Source: Octopus sinensis
Lineage: Eukaryota
Assembly (NCBI RefSeq): GCF_006345805.1
Contig: NC_043006.1
Location: 39,928,001-39,992,000 of the forward strand
Direction: 5' to 3'
Length of the DNA stretch: 64,000 bases
Of this stretch, positions 13,451 through 24,432 are shown piece after piece. Under the pieces are notes generated by a model. It saw nothing but the letters and a program-made list of their open reading frames with translations, was not told the origin of the DNA and made no database searches. Position 1 is the first letter of the stretch. Each line of letters opens with the position of its first letter. The position numbers and the translations under genes are program-made.

Positions 13451-14062
13451 CAGCCACAAAAAATACTGTACGGGAAGAAGTTACGTGGAGAGGTCGGCCG
13501 TAGGAAATGAAAACTATTTACTGTTTCTGTGACATCATCTTCCAATGATGTTTTTATTAGTAGAGCTGTTTATAATTCAAAATATAATTTTGTTCAACTT
13601 GTGCGGCGTTGTTGTACATCAGTCGATAAACTTTACAGTATTACAATTCAATTCATTTCGAGGTGACACGTGTATACGATGCTATTGAACTGAAAATGAC
13701 AGCGAAATATCGATATCAATCGTTCTCGTTCGCCTACGGGGTGAGTTGTCTCGCTTGGTTTCTGGATTCAGTTATTCGGTGTTTAATACTCGTCTTAAAG
13801 GGCCTTTTCCCACTGTTGCTATGCCGCAGCTAAAAGCTCATAAACAAAACTCATACATTAAGTATGCGACATCTGCAATGCTTACATTGCTAGAGCTGAT
13901 TCTAACGCAAAATTTATTATAGTTTGTTCCGTCTGCTAAGTTCAGTAGACGAAAAAAGCCACACCTATTGTCAATCAGTGGGTAACAAACACTGAAACTT
14001 AGACATACGCACACGCGCACATACATACATACATCTGTCTACATACACACACACACACACAT

Positions 14063-14165
<103 letters not shown>

Positions 14166-14346
14166 CATACATTTATATATATATATTAATTGTTATCGCC
14201 ATATTAATATGGCATTCTTATAGATATAAGAATAATCGCTGCCGCTGGTCAGCTCCATGAGGCCACCGCCTTAAGATAGCTATTGATACACGATCTGTAT
14301 CCATTATAACTTTCGAACAAGGGAGACTTAGTAATTTTAATATTTC

Positions 14347-14431
<85 letters not shown>

Positions 14432-14497
14432 CACATATATACATATACATATATACTTATATACATATATGCATATGTTTTATTTATTATTTTGTTA

Positions 14498-14539
<42 letters not shown>

Positions 14540-14864
14540 CAACAGGCTAGATTGGGCTTCATACTGGCAAGAAGGTATAACATTGCTATGTGATTTATCC
14601 AGTCATACAGTATCGCCTGATGAAATGGATCAAGGATGATGCCCACAGATAATACGGATTATACTGTACTAATTCCAAGGATACCGACTCTGATGTCAAA
14701 ATCATCTGATCTGTAGAAACGTACGTAGCAATGTGTTAAATATTTATAAATTCCATCCCGAGAATCTGACTCACTAGTCAGTAATAATAGACGGAAGCCG
14801 GCATAATGAAATAGGAGCTTTTTTTTGCACACCCTTAACGTAACCTTAAACGAATTTAAGATGC

Positions 14865-14904
<40 letters not shown>

Positions 14905-14909
<5 letters not shown>

Positions 14910-15205
14910 TGTGATCACCGTGACCGACCAGGCTATAAGATGTTGTTACACATCGCTGGTCACAATGCGTTCGCATTGTTTTAGCCTTCAAATGACGCCA
15001 CCCCGCTGGCTAAGCGAGCAGGCCAACAGAAGAAAGAGTGAGAGAAAGAGTGGTGAAAGAGTACAGCAGGGATCACCCCCCCCCCCCCCCACTGCCGGAG
15101 CCTCGTGGAGCTTTTAGGTGTTTTCGCTCAATAAACACACACAACGCCCGACCTGGAAATCGAAACCGCAATCCTACGACCGCGAGTCCGCTGCCCTAAC
15201 CACTG
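14905..15205 (-). mobile_element. SINE family D copy
   Basis: Reverse complement starts with a tRNA-like head (gtggttagggcagcggactcgcggtcgtaggattgcggtttcgatttcc). A related copy lies at 48365-48555. Confidence 0.8.
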
Positions 15206-15389
15206 TGTCTATATCTTCGATCACTGTCATTATTCCATTGAGTCAACCTCATTAGTGTCGTTGTTCATTGTTTATGTCTAATTCTGTCGTGTAGCTTAAG
15301 GGGCTCCTTAGTATATATAAAATAAGACATGTGTTATTTCGTTTTTGGATTTGGTTCGCAAGATTCTTTATGTGAGTTCGTGTGTTGAA

Positions 15390-15676
15390 GCATATTCTGT
15401 TGTTTCTGGGGAGACTCATTCTCTTTTGGTGTCTTATAATTTAACACACTCACCGGTAAAATTTCCACTCATTTACTTATTTATTTTTCTAAGATTTTTG
15501 TTGGGTCTTGTAACCTTTTCACTAATTGTTGACTCTCTACTCAACTATTGAAAAGGTTGCAAGACGCTACGCAAATTTTAGAAAAATAAATATATGAGTG
15601 GAAATTTTACCGGTGCGTGTGTTAAATTATAAGGCACTAAAAGAGAATGACTCTCCCCGGACACAACAGAACATGC
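15390..15676. repeat. Long imperfect foldback (about 140-bp arms, 8-nt loop)
   Basis: gcatattctgttgt..ggggagactcattctcttt..taatttaacaca..caccggtaaaatttccactcat..gttga, then loop ctctctac, then tcaac..atgagtggaaattttaccggtg..tgtgttaaatta..aaagagaatgactctcccc..acaacagaacatgc. Confidence 0.9.
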
Positions 15677-15960
15677 AATTGTTTATATTTTAGCTACCGT
15701 CTTTGCTTTATCCTTTTCTATTTATTTTACCGTTGTCTACACGCCTTGTTTATTTTTTCATATTAATTCCATTCTGTCCTTCATGTCGGCTCACATGTCC
15801 CAGCAGCGCTTTTGCAGTTGACACCACCAAACTGAAAAAAATCTTAACGATAATGGCGCGAAATTGTAATGGTTTTTGGCTGATAACTGATGAGGGTTAA
15901 GCGTATCCACGTGTTTTGTATATGTATTCCGTGTGTTTATTTGCCGCCTTTCTGTGCAGC

Positions 15961-16027
<67 letters not shown>

Positions 16028-16321
16028 TGCAATAAGATATTATAATAATATATAACTATATTAAGATATATTAAATATATTGTAATATAGGTGGCTATAA
16101 CAATTAGAACTAAAACGGTAAAATTAATAAATGAAGGCGCAAAATAGCTCCCACAATTGCTAGAAATGAGAACTAAAATTTAACTCGAACATCTACACAA
16201 AACCACTGACCTCATGAAATCCACATCTTTCGTTGGCGAAATACACTCGCAGAATGAAGTAGTTTGATAAGACCTCCTCACGTGATTTCGAAATCCGATG
16301 AACGGGATCTTGTTTCTCGTC

Positions 16322-16354
<33 letters not shown>

Positions 16355-18260
16355 TGGATGGATGGATAGATGTGTATGAGATATGTAAATGTATATATTA
16401 TATTTATATATATATTAAACATACATACATACATGTGTGTGTGTGTGTGTGTGTGTGTGAAGCATTTCATGAATTATCACGTATGAATTGAGGTATTGCC
16501 AGCTTTGTGGCACGAAACAATACCTCAACATTGGATTTATGTCGACTTAATGTATCATTTGGGCTTTGATCGGAGAATTTGTTAATCCTATGAAGACAGC
16601 ATTTAATCCAGCGCTATGTATCTGATTTATGTAATTGAAAGTTGTCATGCAATGCTGATTCGATTTGTAGCCAGCCAGTGCCACTCTGACCAGAATGACA
16701 ATACATAACATGGTTATGATTTTATTTTGTAAATAAAATATTCCTTTGTTTACAAAACCTAATTCATGACCGATCAATTGTTTCTCATTTCTTCTTATTT
16801 ATCTGTCACAGAGGAGAGCACTTCCAATATCAAATCACTCTGCGGGGATAGGCTGTGAACAATTAACTGGTCCGGGTTTATTACTGGTGCATGTTTTATC
16901 GATTCTTCAAGAATGAAGTACATTACAGAATTTGGAGTGTTCTCAAACGGGAATATAAAGGTGGCAAGTTTACAAAATCGTAGCCGTGCCGGACAAAATG
17001 CTTAGCAGCATTTCTTTCAACTTTACCTTCTGAACTCAAGTGCCGCGGGGCTTAACTTTGCCTTTCAGCATTTCGGGGTCCATAGGCTTTGCCTTTCAAC
17101 ATTTCGGGATCGATGACATCAACTTGGTTTTTAATGTAATCGACTTAATCCGCCCCACAAACGTGCTGGCCTTTGCCAAAATTTGAAACGAACAACGTGA
17201 TTAAAGTGACGTAATTACTGTTGGTATCCTACCTATCAGCTCCTAGTATTAAACTATTGACAACGTGTTTCAAATTTGGGACAAGGCCAGCAATTTCGGG
17301 GAGGGTCTAAATCAATTACATCGATCCCAAAGTTCAACTGGTACATTTTTTATCGATCCCGCACAGTTTCCGTCTGCTAAATTCACATAGCTATAATTGA
17401 AGAATCTTGCAGAAGGTGCTGCACAGTGGGACAGAACTTGAAACTACGTGGTTGCGAAGCGAACTTCTTAACCACATAACCATGCATGATATTGATATAT
17501 GATCTAATTTGAATTCATTTGATGTATTATAAGATACGAATGATACGATTATTCGAAATAACATTTGAAGAAAATAGTAAGCTGCAGTATGTGAAGATAT
17601 GATGAAAATATATTCAAGGTGAAAAGAATATAGATTGATATGCGTGATAAGACGTAACAAAATATAAGATTATTCACCAGAATTAATGGCAGACAAGTGT
17701 TGTTTTGCGTTGGTGTGAGTCTATTTAGAATTAAGGTGTAGTGCTATTTTAAAATCTATTTCATTTTGTACAATACTAACACGCATTGAAAGTTTAGTAT
17801 GTATTTCAGTCTAAGGAAGACTAACACACGCATACATGTCGTCTGTGTTTTTCCGTAGTAAAATATAAGATTAGATAAGAAAGGATAACGGGCAATATAA
17901 GAGAAAAGAAACCAAAACAAGAGGGGAAAAACAGCATGAAAAACATTGAATACACGAGTCATTCAGTGTGATTTTTCGTACTTGCTGCGTACTCTATCAA
18001 TCAGCCACATATTTATCAAGGCTCTCCCAGGTAACACTTGAAGTAGCGGTCACGTGTTATATGTTTTAAGTCTCAAAACAATATACCGACAAAAGCAAGA
18101 TGGCAATCTGGCAGAATCGTTGGCACGCTGGGGAAAATGCTTAGCAGCATGCCGTCCGTCTTTACGTTCCGAATTCAAATTCCGTCGAGGTTGAGAAAGA
18201 CACTATATTGCCATACACAAAATGTAGTCGACAGTTTCGTTCAATTAGATTCATTGGTGT

Positions 18261-18863
18261 AATTCTTTTCTACTCTAGGCACAAGAGACGAAATTTTGTG
18301 GGGAGGGAGCCAGTCGATTAGATCGACCCCAGTACGCAACTGGTACTTAATTTATCGACCCCGTTAGGATGAAAGGCAACGTCGACCTCGACGGAATTTG
18401 AACTCAGAACGTAACGGCAGATGAAATACGGCTACGCATTTCGCCCGGCGTGCTAACGTTTCTTAATTCTTTATTTCCCACAAATGGCTAAACATGCAGG
18501 GGACAAACAAGGATAGACAATGGGATTAAGTTGATTATATCGACCCTAGTACGTAACTGGTACTCAATTTATCGACTACGAAAGGATGAAAGGTAAAGTC
18601 GACCCCGGCGGAATTTGAACTCAGAACGTAACGGCACACGAAATACCTACTTCTTTACTACCCACAAGAGACTAAACACAGAGGGAACAAACAAATACAG
18701 ACAAAAGGATTAAGTCGATTACATCAACCCCAGGGCGTAACTGGTACTTAATTTATCGACCCCGAAAGGATGAAAGGCAAAGTCGACCTCGGCGGAATTT
18801 GAACTTAGAACGTAACGCTAAGCATTTCGCCAGTCGTGCTTACATTTCTACCAGTTCGCTGCC
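18261..18863 (-). mobile_element. SINE family A trimer (one full unit and two 5'-truncated units)
   Basis: Three successive gaatttgaact..tcgac..gaaaggatgaaagg cores, with tail-to-internal junctions at about 18647 and 18460. Confidence 0.85.
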
Positions 18864-19652
18864 TTATTCATTGGTGTAATTGTTGTACTGTAATCGTACA
18901 ACAGTAGAGATGCCTAGACATGGACAGAAACCCCACAAAAGAATAAAACAATAGAAATAAGATAACTTGATTCCGTTTGGCAGCACCCATTTACAAAAAC
19001 AAAAATGCAATAACATCAGTACATCTCCACCTGTGAATGACTCACAACTGAACCCTACAGCTTCTTGAATTTCTAAGTTTCCCATTTTCATGACATACCA
19101 CAAAACCCATATATCTAGATCCCATAAAAACCCATATATCTAGATATCAAGACGAGACCCTCTACAAGATCACCTAATCTGCCAGAACTAACAGTGAAAT
19201 TTCATCCAACTACCCTTCCGACCTATAAATGATACTACCATTTTAATTAAAACGATAGTCATAGCTGGAATACATTTTGTCATAGGTAAGTTCGATTAGA
19301 ATTGACCTATTGATAACAATAGCCCCACCTAAGTGCACTTTTCACATATCTGAGACAAGATAGCTGCTACACAAACAAACCTAGGTTAATAATAACATGT
19401 CACACTTACGATCACGTCTTCCGTACATCTTCTCTGGGAACACCACGTATCCTTATTCTTCTCAATTGCCAGTTATGTGATATCCATGTCCAGGAGTACC
19501 ACCATTCGTTGTCTGTCAAATCTAGTCGTTTCTGCCTGTACTCAACTGTTCGCCTAATCCGTTTCCATGAAATTCCTTGCAAGCCTATTAAATCCTCTTC
19601 TTGCCTATATTTTTTCTGTAACCAATTTTGGATGATCTAATCATAGAATTAT

Positions 19653-19955
19653 GTGGAGGCACATGCCCTAGTGGTTAGAGCAGCGGACTCGCGGTCGAGA
19701 GATCGCGGGTTCGAATCTCAGACCGAGCGATGTGTGTGTTTATGAGCGAAACACCTAAGCTCCACGCGGCTCCGGCAGAAGGTAATGACGAACTTCTGCT
19801 GACTCTTTCGCCACAGCTTTCTCTCACTCTTTCCTCCTGCATCTTGCAGCACACCTGCGAAGGACCGGCGTCCCATCCAGGTGGAGAACCTATACGACAA
19901 GGAAACCGGGAAACCGGCCCTATGAGCCAGGCGTGGCTCGAGAAGGAACAAACAA
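19653..19955 (+). mobile_element. tRNA-derived SINE family C, full length
   Basis: gtggaggcacatgccctagtggttagagcagcggactcgcggtcgagagatcgcgggttcgaatctc (A and B boxes) through gaaggaacaaacaa. Near-identical copies lie at 43979-44275 and 61810-62101. Confidence 0.9.
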
Positions 19956-21921
19956 TCATAGAATTGTCTATCTTTTGGGGGGATTAATACTAATAACAGT
20001 TTCAAATTTTCGCACCAGGCCAGGCATTTTAGGGTTGCGGGTAAGTTGATATCATTGATTCCAGTGTTCGACTGATACTTATTTTATCGATCCCGAAAGG
20101 ATGAAAGTCAAAGTCGATTCCGGCAGCATTTGAACTCAGAACGTAAAGCCGGAAGAAATGCCGCTAAGCATTTGTCCGGTGCAGTAACGATTCCGCCAAC
20201 TCGCCGCCTTGGTGTAGAAACTTATAATAAAACGATGATTTATTCCAATGGAACAAGACCAGAAAACCTGAAGACTGGATATATTTGAAGGAATTGATTC
20301 TGACGTCTGATTGATTTTTATTTCATTACATCTTTTAGTGTTTCTCTAAAAGACTGAATCCACTTTCGCAATAAACATTTGATGCTTGAAACATTATGCA
20401 GATACCAAGAAAGTGTAAGATGTCATTAGAAACAGTCAGAATTTTCCGCAATCTCTGCTGCTCGTATTTCTTTAAATTTTGACTTAACATGTTGAGCTAT
20501 TAAATATGTGCTTTTTCTTGTCAGAGTTCATGTTCTCTTTGTATTTTGTAATTTAATTTGTGTTGTCGATGCCAAAATAAAATCATCGAAGGTTTCTTCT
20601 GATTCAAAACAAAAAAAAAAAAAGATCCAATACAGACCAAACTTCAAATGTATTTATTTGATATGCTTTCACAAACTGCTCACGCAACAAGGAAAAAATA
20701 TCGGTTTCAAATTTTGGTACAAGGCATGCAAGTTCGCGGGGGGGGGGGGAGGGCAAGTTGATTACATCGACCCCAGTACTCAACTGGTACTTATCTTATC
20801 GATCCCGAAACGATGAAAAACAAGGATGATATATTAAGTGGTCCTTATCTCAAAGTCTGCTCCTTTTTGCAGGATGTAATGAGCTGGGCTTCTCCAGAAA
20901 ACATTTTTCCCATAGTATTATTATCTTATCTAGCAATTTTTCCTGCATTTTCTCAACTTGAAAATTCTCATTTCGTTAGTTCTAGACTACTCGGCATAGT
21001 TCAGCCAACTCATCAGAGATATTTATTATTGCACCCCGTATTATAAGAAAGTATTCTACAATAAGGACCGGGTTTTTATTTTCATTTTGTTCCAATTCGA
21101 AGTAATTCAGAATATTCTAAATCTCATGACAGTAAACATATATTACTATAAAGTGATATTTATCCCCACTCATGCGTAGATGTTGTGTTAGAACACAGAA
21201 TACTTTGTTAGTTACCATGAGAGAACCTTTCATATGAGTCGTGGTGCATTTAAGCTCTCGTATTTAAGCACTGGCATTTAAGCACTCGCATTTAAGCACT
21301 CACCGCTAGCAGGAGATAAGCGTTCACCATCATCGCCGAGACTACCAGGTCATGTGATTTTGGCCTTCCTTGGCCTGATGCACTTTAAAGTGCGAATAGA
21401 TATTACATTTTGGAACTAAAACTGCTTCTGTTGCTATAACTTCTATCACTAAAATTGATGACGATTTCACGGGTAATCAAAATAACTGTTGAGAAGGTAA
21501 GTATAAAAGTACACGATTCGTACCCGGTTTCGAAGTGCTATTGAGTTTTTATTTGGTTATTATAAATTGAAATCTCTAGTTTTTCCTTAGAATGAGTGAT
21601 ACAACGGTCTTGGTCCCATTTATGCATATCGATGCATTATCATCATTATTGGAAAATTACAAGTTCTATGCATTTGATATTAGTAAGGCGGCGAACTGAC
21701 AGAATCGCTTACGTCCCCATTATAGCGGTTCAGCAAAAGAGGACGATCAAATCAGTACTTAGTCCCACCTGTTTGACTAAAACCTTTGAGGCGATGCTCC
21801 AGTATGGCCGCAGTCCAGTTACTATAACAATTAAGAGATAAAAGATAAGATGGTTGTTGAGAGGCCGTTTGTAAAGTCAGGTTTCTAACAATGAATTCTA
21901 TTTGCCACAGAAATTTCACAA

Positions 21922-22357
21922 TAATTCATTTCTACTCTAGGCACAAGGCCCGAAATTTTGGAGGAGTCGGGGGGCAATAGTACGCAACTGGTACTTAATT
22001 TATCGACCCCGAAAGGATGAAAGGCAAAGTCGACCTCGACGGAGTTTGAATTAAGAGCGCAAAAACAGACGAAATAGCGCTAAGCATTTCGCCTGGCGTG
22101 CTAACGTTTCTACCAGCTCACCACCTTAAAGTTCACAATAATTCTTTTCTACTCAAGACACAAGGCCCGAAATTTTTGGTGGGAGGGGGCCAGTTGATTA
22201 GATCGACCCCAGTACGCAACTGGTACTTAATTTATCGACCCCGAAAGGATGAAAGGCAAAGTCGACCTCGGCGGAATTTGAACTCAGAACGTAACGGCAG
22301 ACGAAATACTGCTAAGTATTTCGCCCGGCGCGCCAACGTTTCTGCCAGCTCACCGCC
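21922..22357 (-). mobile_element. Two tandem SINE family A copies with tail 2
   Basis: Two cores, each ending (minus sense) in aaaatttcgggccttgtg..tagagtagaa. Confidence 0.85.
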
Positions 22358-22941
22358 TTCGTGGAGGTGTATTCTCCCAACCTTCGTACCATTCGTTTAG
22401 TCAAAACATCAACATTTTACAGATTTCAAAACTTCATTTATTTATTTATTTATTTATTTATTTGATCAACAATGATAATCACTTATTTCCTCGAAATTTA
22501 ATGTTTTTTTTCTTCCTCCCTTTTATTTTATTCTCTTTACTAATATCGGTTAAAGCTACAGTCATGAAACAAAAGTGGTCGATTCGATCAAAAATACATA
22601 TTCCACGGTGAAAATAGTTATTCTAAAACTAATACCAAGTTTAGTCACAAAGGAATTCATAAAAATAGTTATTATAAATGCACTTAAATCAATATTTCTA
22701 CAACTACTGCGGCTGTTACTACTGCTGCTGCTCGGGAAATATAGAGTGATACGCTTGTTTTGCATACAATTATTTCAGAGAAACAAAAGATGTCTGATAC
22801 TCGACAAAAACAATGACTTGTTGCATTGTGAGTGCGTCCAAACTGATTTATACGTATTTATAACAAATATATTTGATGAAGGTCTTTCAGAACACTAAAT
22901 CATATTGTGAGCGTGTATATATATAAATATATATATATATA

Positions 22942-23300
22942 CTAGCAGTTTCGCCCGGCGTTGCTCGGGTTTGTTAGGACCCTTTAGAATTGGAATTTTT
23001 GAAAAGTAAAAATTTTGCATTATGTAGCTTGTTATTCTCTTTAAGTGAACATTTTTTTCTAGTTGGAATACACCGAAAAATGGCGACACAGCAGTCAAAA
23101 AATCGTAAAAAATAGGGATTTTTGATGTAAATAATTTTTGGTGTTAACATGATCCGATTTGAAATTTTTCTTCTACGGAAGGAAGAACAAGCCTTCTTCT
23201 ATCATACTCTCAATTTTGGTCAACTTGCGCCGCAGGGTCTCGGAGGAGATAATGTTAGTTGAAGGCTACCAAACCTGCCATACACAGACAACTTCATCTT

Positions 23301-23310
<10 letters not shown>
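22942..23310 (-). mobile_element. Non-autonomous Helitron (Lep1-like)
   Basis: The minus strand ends CCCGAGCAACGCCGGG hairpin..CTAG|T (ctag at 22942-22945). The 5' end TATAAATAAAAAGATGAAGTTGTCTGTG abuts a (TA)n tract. Confidence 0.8.
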
Positions 23311-23332
<22 letters not shown>

Positions 23333-23339
<7 letters not shown>

Positions 23340-23540
23340 AAATCCGTTCTGTCTGTCTGTATGTGTGTCTTCTAGGATCTCGGGCATCCTCCATCCGATT
23401 GCGCTCAAATTTGATATGTAGATACCGACGGTATCAGAGCGTGTATAAGTCTTGGTAAAATTACAAAAATCGATTCCAGGTGAGAATGCGATCGATAAAC
23501 CCGTGGGAACGTGCATTTGTACGCGCAAGCACATCAGCTG
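23333..23540 (+). mobile_element. Helitron-like 5' head fragment
   Basis: atataaaatccgttctgtctgtctgtatg..ccatccgattgcgctcaaatttg is the typical head of microsatellite-containing non-autonomous Helitrons. No 3' end is assigned. Confidence 0.55.
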
Positions 23541-23793
23541 TCGCGATGTACTTACTGGTACTTTAAACTCTTCGGTTACATATTTGTGTGAATAAAATCG
23601 TTTTTCTTTGGAATAGAAAAAATGTCTATCTTTATTTCTTCTTTCGCTGGTGTCTCAAATTTAGGTTAAATCAGTGTTTCTCAAAGGGGAGGCCTATGGG
23701 ATAGCCGGACATGTTGTTTTGAGAAAATTTGGTTTAAATGTTTGACAACTCAGCAACGTCCATTGGACGTGGGGTGCGTTTTTCTCGTATATA

Positions 23794-24110
23794 TCTTTAT
23801 ACATATAAAACTGAGAATGTGTGTCTGACTGTCTGTCTGTGTGTTTCCCTAAAACTTGAGAACTATACAACCAATTTTATTCAAATTTTACACATGCCTT
23901 ACTCCGGGGAGTGTCATCGGCAAAAAAGCCCACAGCAATATCATATCTTCTCCACTACGATTCCCTAAAACTTGAGAACTACACAACCAATTCCATTCAA
24001 ATTTTACACATGTCTTACTTAGGGTCCATGTAGTTTCATGGGCAAAAAAGTGTTCAATTTCTTGCCTAGAGCGAGCCCATAGCAATATCATATCTTCTCA
24101 ACTATTTCAG
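23794..24110 (+). mobile_element. Helitron-like 5' end (A|TC) with an internal direct duplication
   Basis: a|tctttatacatataaaactgagaatgtgtgtctg. The block ttccctaaaacttgagaacta..caaccaatt..attcaaattttacacatg occurs twice (about 23845 and 23960). Confidence 0.6.
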
Positions 24111-24432
24111 TATTACGTGTTAAAAGTGAAACAAAAACGTTTCTCTATTTTATGTCAGATACTTTCACTTTAACAATAAAAATAATAATAACAATTGAAT
24201 TATATGTAGTAACTAATAATTAAAATCAAACTAAAGTAACATAACAAAAGTAAAAATAGCAATTGGTATAAAATTGCATCAGTGATTTGAACTTCAATAA
24301 GTGGTTTCACATGAATGGGAATAAATTTAAAATAAAATTAGCGTGCAGAAATGGAATAGTCCAGATGGATAATAAAAAATTAAATTAAAGAAAAGACTAT
24401 TGTCTATAAAGTATACAATGTAGAGAAAAAAG

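Noticed and set aside
15880-15915. CUGAUGAGGG..UCC-ACGUG hammerhead-like motif
   Set aside because: The GAAA half of the core is missing.
19653-19730. tRNA gene calls for SINE heads (also 1826-2400, 43979 and 59514)
   Set aside because: A and B boxes are present, but there is no closed acceptor stem and they continue into multi-copy SINE bodies.
22780-22830. Short plus-strand AG..GT candidate exons (also about 33400, 49990 and 56210)
   Set aside because: 26-49 bp long, no recognisable peptide, and about what is expected by chance in AT-rich DNA.
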